Shown here in pieces: positions 55,437-63,461 of a DNA stretch of 64,000 nt (its first letter is position 1; each line of letters starts with the position of its first letter). Both the position numbers and the translations under genes were made by a program. The stretch comes from a phage: sequence record PZ347775.1; one strand, written 5' to 3'. The notes below the pieces were generated by a model that was given only the letters and a program-made list of their open reading frames with translations, was not told the DNA's origin and made no database searches.

Positions 55437-56156
55437 TTAGGATTCTTCTAAATGTCTTTTCTGAAAAGTTGATACCATACTACGATACGGTTCATTTGGA
55501 TACCCGTGTTTTATAGCTTCCTTTGTAAATTTTCTCCATCCATATTTAGTTTCTTTCCAAAGCTCGAATAATTCATCTTCATATTGCCATATAGTTAAAT
55601 GAGAACGCTTTGCAGCTTTAATTCCATTAATATGCTTTTCTTTTACTACAGGATTACTTAGTTTCTTTTTAATAATATTACTAACTTTTCTAACAAAAAC
55701 TGGGTCCTTATATCGTTGCGAAGTTTTTATTGAAGTGTTTAATTTAGCTTCCGGTGTGGATGTGACCTCTTTCATCTTTTTCTTCATATGCTGTATATGA
55801 TTAGGATTTTTCCATAAATTTATAGAATGCTTTTTGCATTTTATCCTAGTTTCATCTGCAACCTTTCCTCCTTCACCTCCGTATGACAGGTTAACACAGT
55901 TTTTTCCATATTTCAATTTACCTGCCATGATATATAATATTTCAGCTTGTACCATTTTATCATAATTATCAAAAACTTCTAAAACCGTTTTTGTTAATAT
56001 GTGGTCATTTGACACTTTTACACGTTCTATATAATTTCCACTACCAACATACGAATCATTGATGTTATTAGTTATATGTCGACCATAATAGTATTTCTTA
56101 ATACCTGTCTTTAAATTTAATATTTCAGTTTTATAGATAGTAAAATATTTTTTCAT
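55437..56156 (-). CDS. free-standing GIY-YIG (Seg-like) homing endonuclease
   Basis: N-terminal TIYKTEILNLKTGIKKYYYGRH ... SYVGSG; NUMOD-like repeats; C-terminal ELW...GYPN...YR module shared with the HNH endonuclease. Confidence 0.8.
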   Translation of the reverse strand: MKKYFTIYKTEILNLKTGIKKYYYGRHITNNINDSYVGSGNYIERVKVSNDHILTKTVLEVFDNYDKMVQAEILYIMAGKLKYGKNCVNLSYGGEGGKVADETRIKCKKHSINLWKNPNHIQHMKKKMKEVTSTPEAKLNTSIKTSQRYKDPVFVRKVSNIIKKKLSNPVVKEKHINGIKAAKRSHLTIWQYEDELFELWKETKYGWRKFTKEAIKHGYPNEPYRSMVSTFQKRHLEES

Positions 56157-57121
56157 TTTAATAATACCGTTTCAGCAATTTCTTCCCAACCGTTTTTGTC
56201 GGTCATAATAAAGTCAGCAAGATAAAGAGCAGTACGCAGTGAAACATTGCGTAAACGATTAACATTAACTTTCATCCATGATAATGCTTTATAAGTTTCT
56301 TCATCAGAAAGACCGCGCTTTTGCATCATGTCAGTTGAAAGAATAACATCTTCAACCCTGACCATAATTTCTTCATTAGTGTGAACACCCAAATCCAAAT
56401 AAACTGAGCGGGACACCAATGCTTGTAAGTGTGGAGCAAGTTTAGTACCACGGTCTAATTCGCGGTCAATGTCAACGTTTGTGATAAAAACAATCGTTCC
56501 TTTAAATTCAAACTCACGGTCAATGCCTTTTTCTTCTAAGTAAGAAGATGCAGTGCTCCAGCAGACTTTACGGGTCTCTCCAGTGTCCAGAGCAGCTTTT
56601 AGAAGATTAAGAATGTCCATATCAGAGAAAACATCCACATCATCAATCAAAAGGACAGAATTCTCTTCACGATTATTCCAAAGCTGTTCATAAAGACCAA
56701 TACCAGAGATTTTACCATTAATGCTTTTATATTCAATGTATCCATTATCATTTGCTTTATTTAAAGCTTTATCTAAAGAATACGTTTTACCAATACCTGC
56801 TGCGCCAGAGATAATTAATGAACGAATATTTCCATTAATAATACCATTCGTCATCATTCCCATAACATTAAATCTTTTATTAATGCGGGTTTTCATATCT
56901 TCATATGATTCTTTAACTTCTTCAACTTTTACACCATCATATGAAATATCTGATTTGTAAACCCAAACACCGCGACGTTTACCGTCAATTTCAACAAAAA
57001 CTTTACCATCTCCTTGTGCATCTACCGGAGCATTATCTGGGAACCATTCGCCTAAGAGCTCAAAAGTTCCAGAGATTTCTTTACCGAAGTAGATACCCTT
57101 ATTGATAGTTACAGTTTTCAT
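56153..57121 (-). CDS. AAA+/P-loop ATPase (322 aa)
   Basis: Walker A GAAGIGKT, Walker B LLIDDVD, sensor-1-like FITN; ATG after GGAGAATAAA cassette. Confidence 0.7.
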   Translation of the reverse strand: MKTVTINKGIYFGKEISGTFELLGEWFPDNAPVDAQGDGKVFVEIDGKRRGVWVYKSDISYDGVKVEEVKESYEDMKTRINKRFNVMGMMTNGIINGNIRSLIISGAAGIGKTYSLDKALNKANDNGYIEYKSINGKISGIGLYEQLWNNREENSVLLIDDVDVFSDMDILNLLKAALDTGETRKVCWSTASSYLEEKGIDREFEFKGTIVFITNVDIDRELDRGTKLAPHLQALVSRSVYLDLGVHTNEEIMVRVEDVILSTDMMQKRGLSDEETYKALSWMKVNVNRLRNVSLRTALYLADFIMTDKNGWEEIAETVLLK

Positions 57122-57182
57122 TTTATTCTCCAAATCCGTATCAGTTGATAGTTGTATAGTACCATACCCCCTTTGTGTTGAT

Positions 57183-57668
57183 TTATTCCATTTCTACTAT
57201 ATGCATGTTCTTTTTGCTATCAAAATATATGTTTTTAACTATTAACTCAGAATTAATTGGCAGTAAAAACTCTCTTTCATAATCTACCATACAAAGATTA
57301 TCATAAAGCTTGTTAAGCTTATCATCGTCAGTTTGGCCAGATTCTTCAATTGCGATTAAATTTTCTAAAATGTCAATCATAGCAGTCGAATAGTCAAAAA
57401 CGTTTGCATTTTTTAACACTACTAAAACATTAGTCATATAGCGTTCTGCCGCAAACGTTTCAGCTATATGAGACTCACTGCTAAAGGAAGTTATTCTTTT
57501 AAATTTGATTCTCCTATTAACTTCAAACTTATAAGATAACACTTCCTCTATTGTAAGTCCTCTAAAAAGTGTGTCTTTAATCTCAAGTTTGTCTTTAATG
57601 TAATCATTAACACGCTTATGATTAAAATCATTAATTTTGTTGCCAAGGCATTGCATTAAAATATGCAT
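57183..57668 (-). CDS. ModA/ModB-like R-S-E ADP-ribosyltransferase candidate (161 aa)
   Basis: LFRG / SFSSES / YEREFLLP in ModA-like order and spacing; GAGGAG SD; own early promoter. Confidence 0.6.
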   Translation of the reverse strand: MHILMQCLGNKINDFNHKRVNDYIKDKLEIKDTLFRGLTIEEVLSYKFEVNRRIKFKRITSFSSESHIAETFAAERYMTNVLVVLKNANVFDYSTAMIDILENLIAIEESGQTDDDKLNKLYDNLCMVDYEREFLLPINSELIVKNIYFDSKKNMHIVEME

Positions 57669-57714
57669 TGTATTCTCCTCAATTTTTAAAGAGCAATTAA
57701 TTAACTACACATAT

Positions 57715-57744
57715 ATTATAATATGCTTTGCGATAGAAGTAAAC
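57715..57744 (-). promoter_or_regulatory. T4-type early promoter
   Basis: -35 GTTTAC (57739-57744), 18 nt, -10 TATAAT (57715-57720). Confidence 0.5.
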
Positions 57745-57772
57745 AACTTTGTGACGTCATTTTAAACAAAAA

Positions 57773-57790
57773 AGGGAGCCCGAAGGCTCC
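57773..57790 (-). terminator. UUCG-tetraloop hairpin / terminator after nucleotidyltransferase operon
   Basis: gggagcc-cgaa-ggctccc immediately 3-prime of the 57794 ORF. Confidence 0.5.
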
Positions 57791-57793
57791 CTA

Positions 57794-58807
57794 TCATTTA
57801 TAATAACTTCGGTGGTTTTCAAGATAAACCCTCTCAAGGAAGTCATCCCAGAAACCCATGTCTACTTTTTGCTGCATACCGTTCTTAGAAGCTTCAATGG
57901 ATGCTGCTTCTACTTGATCGACCACATCTTCCAAAAACTCTTGAACAGTTTTAAATGGATGCTTACCCAACTTCACGTCGAGAATAAACGGAGCATCTTG
58001 GAGTGGATAAACCAAGTCACCAGTTTTGTAAATTTCCAATAGTTGGAGTCCACCACGACAAGCATGGCTCAAAGCTTTCCAGTCAATGCCCTCATTCGCT
58101 TCAGCTTTACGAGCGCGTTCACCGTATTCGGCATCAAGTTTATTCAAAGACTGCTTAAGCTCAATAAGAGAAAGTGTTGTCTGATATTTACGACCCAACA
58201 CGGTATAGAACGTTTGAGGGCCTGTTTTCTCATGATTATGGAATACCCATTCGCAGAATTCGTTCTCTGGAAGACGATGCTTAATATCTTCAACTTTAGT
58301 GCGACGTTGCTTAATAGAACCATCTTCTTGGTAATCAACCCACTGGTCAGGGATTTGATTAACTACTTTCAATACATCACGTAATGCGGCCAAACGAGAA
58401 CCCTTAACACCATATTTAGAAGCTTGCTTGCGAACATATCCTAAATAGGATTTCATGTTAGTTGTATAAAACCGTGAACGATTGTCTTGAATAAACTTCC
58501 ATACATCAGGCAAATCAGATTTAACTACCAGTTCAGGTGGAGTGTGGAGCATATCCAATGCTACGGTTTCACCATCTGCTGCTAATTTAAAGAAATACTT
58601 AAGACTGTATAGTTCATGGTCAATATCATTTTTAGTGTTTTTAGATGATGTGTTGTTAGTGTTTTTACTCATATGCTCTTTAACATTTCCGATAAGAATA
58701 TCGCGAGCAGGAGGAACAAAGATTTCTTTAAAATCTACATCAGATTCTGGTGTAGAAGTTCCATAAAGATGACTACCAAAATAGCTTTTCATTACTGTTT
58801 TCATCAT
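57794..58807 (-). CDS. Pol-beta superfamily nucleotidyltransferase (337 aa)
   Basis: N-terminal hG[GS]x10DhDh motif: YFGSHLYGTSTPESDVDF; remainder helical; overlaps upstream gene by ATGA. Confidence 0.65.
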   Translation of the reverse strand: MMKTVMKSYFGSHLYGTSTPESDVDFKEIFVPPARDILIGNVKEHMSKNTNNTSSKNTKNDIDHELYSLKYFFKLAADGETVALDMLHTPPELVVKSDLPDVWKFIQDNRSRFYTTNMKSYLGYVRKQASKYGVKGSRLAALRDVLKVVNQIPDQWVDYQEDGSIKQRRTKVEDIKHRLPENEFCEWVFHNHEKTGPQTFYTVLGRKYQTTLSLIELKQSLNKLDAEYGERARKAEANEGIDWKALSHACRGGLQLLEIYKTGDLVYPLQDAPFILDVKLGKHPFKTVQEFLEDVVDQVEAASIEASKNGMQQKVDMGFWDDFLERVYLENHRSYYK

Positions 58808-59265
58808 TCAGCCTTATATTCAATAACAGGACATACTTTAGCTTTACGCGCTTTTAAAAATTCGACGATAATAGATTTCTTTGGTTGAATAGGAGGTAAA
58901 CCTTTATACGCCCTATCAATATTTTCTACATGTAAAGCATAATCCTTTTTCCATTTATAATCTTTATATTTTTCATGCAGTTGTGCAGGAATAACAAATG
59001 AACCGATAATAAGTAAAACAAGCAAAATGGCAAGTATAAATGCCGATGGAATAAGAGTCCATAAACTACCAAAAATAAGCCATTTCTGCATGATTTCTGC
59101 GCAGATGATAGTTAGACCTGCGAGTATAGTACATCCGAAAAAAGAAACAAAAAATGTAGGAATAACAATAGACCAAAAGTATGCACACAGTGTCTTAGGT
59201 CGTTTCCATTCATCATTAAACATTTTGAATAATTTATAGTGCCAAGAGCTTTCATTAATAATCAT
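58804..59265 (-). CDS. membrane protein (153 aa, about three TM helices)
   Basis: Hydrophobic segments; translationally coupled to nucleotidyltransferase. Confidence 0.6.
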   Translation of the reverse strand: MIINESSWHYKLFKMFNDEWKRPKTLCAYFWSIVIPTFFVSFFGCTILAGLTIICAEIMQKWLIFGSLWTLIPSAFILAILLVLLIIGSFVIPAQLHEKYKDYKWKKDYALHVENIDRAYKGLPPIQPKKSIIVEFLKARKAKVCPVIEYKAE

Positions 59266-59267
59266 AA

Positions 59268-59789
59268 TTATCCTTTCATTGAAGGTGTAACGGTTGTTAA
59301 ATACTTAATCATGGCTTCAGCTTCTGATTTTGATAATGAAATTTCTCCATTGTTTTGACGAATAGAAATAAAATCCGGATGACGGTCACCACCAGCTTTT
59401 AAAACACACATATAAGTATCAGTTTCATCTTCAATATTTGAAATGATTGAAGCAGTTCCGCATGAATGTGGTTTTTGATAAATCAATACAGCTTTTCTTC
59501 CACCGTTTGACTGTTCATAAACTTTTAACACATCAAACAAATCGCTTCTTTTATCAATAGCTAAGATGTTGTTTTCATCTTCAATGTTAAATCCTTCGGA
59601 TACTTCATAAAGTGTCACCCATAAATCGCCAATATCGATAGTAGTATTTTCCTTTCCATGACTTTCAAGAGCGTGACAAATTTTCTTAATTTCGTCATAA
59701 CTCATTTTAACAATATCATCTCCTTGAATAAGGAAGATGTCATTTTTAAATTCAACACGAATTAAACCGCTTTCACTTGAAATAAACAT
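59268..59789 (-). CDS. hypothetical protein (173 aa), paralog of next gene
   Basis: Shares GFNIE and C-terminal EAEAMIKYLTTVTPSM block with 59796..60338. Confidence 0.55.
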   Translation of the reverse strand: MFISSESGLIRVEFKNDIFLIQGDDIVKMSYDEIKKICHALESHGKENTTIDIGDLWVTLYEVSEGFNIEDENNILAIDKRSDLFDVLKVYEQSNGGRKAVLIYQKPHSCGTASIISNIEDETDTYMCVLKAGGDRHPDFISIRQNNGEISLSKSEAEAMIKYLTTVTPSMKG

Positions 59790-59795
59790 ATTTCC

Positions 59796-60338
59796 TCACT
59801 TTGAAATCATAGTTGGAATGACAGAATCAAGATAAGTCTTTAGCGCAATAGCTTCATCTTTGGTAAATGTGACAATATGCGCTCGAAAATCATCAATTTG
59901 ACGAATAGTTAAGACATCTCCTTCTTCATAACATTTTGATACATTTAAAACAGTTTCATCATTCTGATCGCACTGATCGCAAGCGTTAGTAATAATAGCA
60001 TTGCAATTTTTAAGCCATTTTAAACTATGTTTTCTTTCATTAGAATAATAAAAATATTTAATGTAAGTTATAAAATTATCCCAATTATTAATTGATAAGC
60101 ATATTGACTCGCTTTCAATATTAAATCCTGGGCATAAAGAATAAAAATGAATTTTATGCTCATCATTAATGCTTACAATTTTATCGGTGTAAGGTTTTTC
60201 AATTTGGGTTAAATGAATAATTTCGCTAGGCGTAAAATATAGCATATCGTCTTCTTGCGTCAAACGATACATATTATTTACTTTTTCTATAGCCAATTCA
60301 CCAAAAAGTGAACTAACTTCTAGTACTAATCGTTTCAT
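59796..60338 (-). CDS. hypothetical protein (about 180 aa), paralog of previous gene
   Basis: C-terminal DEAIALKTYLDSVIPTM; start either ATG 60338 or GTG 60362. Confidence 0.55.
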   Translation of the reverse strand: MKRLVLEVSSLFGELAIEKVNNMYRLTQEDDMLYFTPSEIIHLTQIEKPYTDKIVSINDEHKIHFYSLCPGFNIESESICLSINNWDNFITYIKYFYYSNERKHSLKWLKNCNAIITNACDQCDQNDETVLNVSKCYEEGDVLTIRQIDDFRAHIVTFTKDEAIALKTYLDSVIPTMISK

Positions 60339-60364
60339 ATTGATTCTCTTCGACTCACTCACAA

Positions 60365-60469
60365 TTACATACTCCTTTGAATAATATCAATAATATTGTT
60401 CACCAGATTATAAGTAAACATCGGGTGATTATATTGAATCATCACATACACAACAAACAAAACTTTCAT
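60365..60469 (-). CDS. 34-aa hydrophobic micro-ORF
   Basis: AGGAG SD 6 nt before ATG; own GTTTAC/TATAGT promoter; MKVLFVVYVMIQYNHPMFTYNLVNNIIDIIQRSM. Confidence 0.35.
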   Translation of the reverse strand: MKVLFVVYVMIQYNHPMFTYNLVNNIIDIIQRSM

Positions 60470-60497
60470 TCTCTTCTCCTTGGCAGTTGACAAGATT

Positions 60498-60527
60498 ACT
60501 ATACCATAACCTTGCCAACTTGTAAAC
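60498..60527 (-). promoter_or_regulatory. T4-type early promoter
   Basis: -35 GTTTAC (60522-60527), 18 nt, -10 TATAGT (60498-60503). Confidence 0.5.
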
Positions 60528-60692
60528 TGTTAAATGACGTTTTCAATAAAATTCTGGAGTTTTGTGTGAGCATCAACCATGATTTTCATTTCTTCCTTTG
60601 CGAAAGCTATACCTCTTTCCCGAGAAGAACACTCATAGTCAGAAACTGCATTAGCATATTCTTCAATTAGCTTCATTAAAAACATCTGCTTT

Positions 60693-60923
60693 TCAGTTTT
60701 CATTATTCCACCTAATCATTTCAAGATATTGAACTAACTTAGCTTTGGATTTATCTAAATCCTTTTTAGCTGCTTCTATACCGTCGTATGAATATCCTTC
60801 ACAATGCTCAACTGCTAATTGATATGAATCTATTTCAATATCACGTGCTAATTTAATGATTTTTTCAAACTGTTCGCCTGTCAGCATACTAAACTCTCGT
60901 ATTGTGATCGATAATTTCATCAA
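60693..60923 (-). CDS. hypothetical protein (76 aa)
   Basis: ORF. Confidence 0.5.
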   Translation of the reverse strand: MMKLSITIREFSMLTGEQFEKIIKLARDIEIDSYQLAVEHCEGYSYDGIEAAKKDLDKSKAKLVQYLEMIRWNNEN

Positions 60924-61107
60924 GAAACATATCTAAAGCTTCTAAAGCATTATCAACTTTAGCTTCAAATTCTTCAATACCTGATAAGGCAAAGTTAATG
61001 CGTTCCTCATCTGCTTTGCGAATTAAAGCTACCAATTCTTTAATTTTATCTGCTTGTTCGATACTAATCATTATTCCACCACATATGAAAGAGAGAATAT
61101 TGCACAC
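60889..61107 (-). CDS. hypothetical protein (72 aa)
   Basis: ORF. Confidence 0.45.
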   Translation of the reverse strand: MCNILSFICGGIMISIEQADKIKELVALIRKADEERINFALSGIEEFEAKVDNALEALDMFLDEIIDHNTRV

Positions 61108-61259
61108 GCCATATGAGTTGCAGCTTCATCACACATACTATAGCGTTTCTTAAGAAGTTCTACAAGTTCTTCACTAGTAACTTCATCCATGTCGACGAAA
61201 AAATCACCATTAATGATGACGTAGATATTTCCTTCTTGATTAAGTGCTTCAATTTTCAT
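61071..61259 (-). CDS. hypothetical protein (62 aa)
   Basis: [13 protein letters not shown] after GAGGAGAA SD and early promoter. Confidence 0.5.
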   Translation of the reverse strand: MKIEALNQEGNIYVIINGDFFVDMDEVTSEELVELLKKRYSMCDEAATHMACAIFSLSYVVE

Positions 61260-61277
61260 GATGTTCTCCTCTTTATC

Positions 61278-61307
61278 CGATGGTTGTATAGTATCACAGC
61301 TCAAATG
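61278..61307 (-). promoter_or_regulatory. T4-type early promoter
   Basis: -35 GTTTAC (61302-61307), 18 nt, -10 TACTAT (61278-61283). Confidence 0.5.
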
Positions 61308-61333
61308 GAAAGTAAACCGGTAAAATGAAAAAA

Positions 61334-61349
61334 GTCTCCCGAAGGAGAC
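61334..61349 (-). terminator. UUCG-tetraloop hairpin
   Basis: gtctcc-cgaa-ggagac directly 3-prime of rI.-1-position gene. Confidence 0.5.
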
Positions 61350-61354
61350 TAATG

Positions 61355-61741
61355 TTATTCGAGGGAAAGAAGATACTTACTCTGGTAAAACATTCCAGTA
61401 ATATCATCTATCGTGCTTTGAATGGCTGGAGGCATTTCTTTATAAATGCTGTTAGATTGGTCTAGTATACGATCAATCATTTTAATTGTGTCGGTAGGAA
61501 GTTTACTAGCATCTGGAATTGAAGGCGTGTATTTTCTACCAGAATACCCCAAATACTGCTCACCAAATTTGTCAATCAAATCTGGCAACTCAGAGAAAAT
61601 AAAATCGTATGCTTTGTGTCTAGCATAACTTTTAGTTTCAAAATGCGCAGAATGAAAATAAGCTTGTGCAGCCATTAATAAACCTAAGTATTCATCTGCC
61701 TTTGAAGGTTTTCCACTTTGTGAAAAGTCGCTGAATTTCAT
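61355..61741 (-). CDS. hypothetical protein (128 aa, rI.-1 position)
   Basis: ORF immediately downstream of rI. Confidence 0.6.
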   Translation of the reverse strand: MKFSDFSQSGKPSKADEYLGLLMAAQAYFHSAHFETKSYARHKAYDFIFSELPDLIDKFGEQYLGYSGRKYTPSIPDASKLPTDTIKMIDRILDQSNSIYKEMPPAIQSTIDDITGMFYQSKYLLSLE

Positions 61742-62031
61742 TCAGTCTCCAATTTAATGTTCATAATTCTAGCGTATGATTGTGCCATCTCCGCGCCTCG
61801 CTCTATACATTCAAAATCAGAAGAGCACGGGTCATTTTTATAGGTCGTTCTCATAAAACTATAAAATCGTTCAGACGATTCTACGCTTTTATTTTCAAAA
61901 AGTGTATAAACGTGCCTAATACCAGATTCCATAAATTTATCAAAATGAGGATCGACGTTCGCTTCAATCGGCGGAGATAAAACAAACGCTAATCCTAGCA
62001 TGGCGAATAATGCCGCTGCTTTTAAGGCCAT
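61738..62031 (-). CDS. rI: rI lysis-inhibition regulator (antiholin)
   Basis: 97-aa ORF MALKAAALFAMLGLAFVLSPPIEANVDPHFDKFMESGIRHVY; closely matches T4 RI. Confidence 0.93.
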   Translation of the reverse strand: MALKAAALFAMLGLAFVLSPPIEANVDPHFDKFMESGIRHVYTLFENKSVESSERFYSFMRTTYKNDPCSSDFECIERGAEMAQSYARIMNIKLETE

Positions 62032-62043
62032 AAAGGCCTCCTA

Positions 62044-62256
62044 TCATTTTTGTCCTGTATTTACTTTATGCCGATGCACGGCCTTAACTTTATCAAGGTA
62101 TTTTTCAAAATTTCGCAATCTAGTATAGTCTGCCGGAGATTGGTTGAGTGATACTTCTCGACGCAAAGCTGAAATGATATTTCCAACTTCCCTACGAATT
62201 TCATCTAATTGAAGAACAGTAAGATTGCGAAGTTGCTTTTCAGTTAATTGTAGCAT
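62044..62256 (-). CDS. hypothetical protein (70 aa, rI.1 position)
   Basis: ORF with late promoter upstream. Confidence 0.55.
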
Positions 62257-62281
62257 ATATACCCCTTTAGTTAGATAAACC

Positions 62282-62289
62282 TATTTATA
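62282..62289 (-). promoter_or_regulatory. T4 late promoter TATAAATA upstream of rI.1/rI
   Basis: Plus-strand tatttata at 62282-62289, 26 nt upstream of ATG. Confidence 0.5.
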
Positions 62290-62298
62290 ACTTTTGTA

Positions 62299-62880
62299 CT
62301 AACCAAGCTTTTTAGTTAATTCATTCCAATGTTTTCTACACAAAGAAACATAAATTTCATCACCAATACAGATTTGATTACCTTCTTTAACTGGTGTTCC
62401 ATCTTCCATTAATCGAGCTGTCATAATCGCTTTTTTACCACAATGACAAACTGCTTTTAGTTCAATAAGTTTATCTGCAATCGCCAAAAGTTCTTTAGAA
62501 CCTTCAAATAATTTTCCAGCGAAATCAGTCCTTAGACCATAAGCCATAACAGGAACATTATATGTATCGACAATTCGGCTTAATTGATGTACCTGTTCAG
62601 TTTTTAAAAACTGGGCTTCATCTACAAATACGCAATGAATATCTTTTTGTGCTTCAGCCCATTTATAGAACTCAAAAATATCCATATCATCCGTAATAAT
62701 ATTCGCTTCCTGCTTAATTCCAATGCGAGAAACGACTTCACAGACAGAATCGCGAGTATCAATAGCAGGCTTAAGAACTAATACACTCATTCCACGTTCT
62801 TTATAATTATGTGCAGCAGTCAAAAGAGAAGCAGATTTTCCAGCATTCATTGCTGCATAAGTAAAAATTAAACTCGCCAT
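62299..62880 (-). CDS. tk: thymidine kinase
   Basis: 193-aa ORF MASLIFTYAAMNAGKSASLL; P-loop and zinc-binding Cys pairs; T4 Tk. Confidence 0.93.
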   Translation of the reverse strand: MASLIFTYAAMNAGKSASLLTAAHNYKERGMSVLVLKPAIDTRDSVCEVVSRIGIKQEANIITDDMDIFEFYKWAEAQKDIHCVFVDEAQFLKTEQVHQLSRIVDTYNVPVMAYGLRTDFAGKLFEGSKELLAIADKLIELKAVCHCGKKAIMTARLMEDGTPVKEGNQICIGDEIYVSLCRKHWNELTKKLG

Positions 62881-62881
62881 C

Positions 62882-63070
62882 TTAGTCCTTAGTTAAATTT
62901 TCTAAATATGTTTCTAAATCATTTTCAGCTTTATCGATAGATTTTACTAATTCGTAGTATGTTTCAGCATCTCCATAATCCGAAGCCAATTCAAAAGATA
63001 AATCTCGTTCTAAACTAATAATTTCGCTGATTAAAAATCGTATTTCATTCTTTTGTTCGCGAGTAATCAT
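62882..63070 (-). CDS. hypothetical protein (tk.1 position)
   Basis: 62-aa ORF. Confidence 0.5.
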   Translation of the reverse strand: MITREQKNEIRFLISEIISLERDLSFELASDYGDAETYYELVKSIDKAENDLETYLENLTKD

Positions 63071-63273
63071 AAGGAATTTATATAATCAATAAGTTCTTGT
63101 TCTTTATCGTCGAAATCTTTACACAGTTCTTCGTATTCGTCGGTATTAAAAGGACCGCATTCATCGCAAACTTTTTCCAATTCACTATTTTTATCAATAA
63201 CTTCGTGAATAAGAGAAAACAGTCTGTCTTTTTGTTCTTTACTTAAACTCATAACCATGTAACCTTTAAGCAA
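63067..63273 (-). CDS. hypothetical protein (tk.2 position)
   Basis: 68-aa ORF. Confidence 0.5.
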   Translation of the reverse strand: MLKGYMVMSLSKEQKDRLFSLIHEVIDKNSELEKVCDECGPFNTDEYEELCKDFDDKEQELIDYINSL

Positions 63274-63461
63274 TATTCTTCTACATGTTGTTTACGACCT
63301 TTCTTATCAATAAAGGTATATTCAACGAATGTTCCGATGTAGTCTTTATCTACATCATGTAGACTATTAATTGGGCATTTAGTACGGCAAATGCGTTCCC
63401 ATTGACGAATAATTTCCACTTTATTTTTAGGGTCAAACGGATGTGGGTAATGTGCTTTCAT
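63249..63461 (-). CDS. hypothetical protein (tk.3 position)
   Basis: 70-aa ORF. Confidence 0.5.
   Translation of the reverse strand: MKAHYPHPFDPKNKVEIIRQWERICRTKCPINSLHDVDKDYIGTFVEYTFIDKKGRKQHVEEYCLKVTWL

Noticed and set aside
1880-61320. Recurrent 40-50 bp intergenic repeats as possible CRISPR array or transposon ends
   Set aside because: Copies are dispersed, each upstream of a gene, and match T4 early promoter plus SD architecture; no regular spacer structure.
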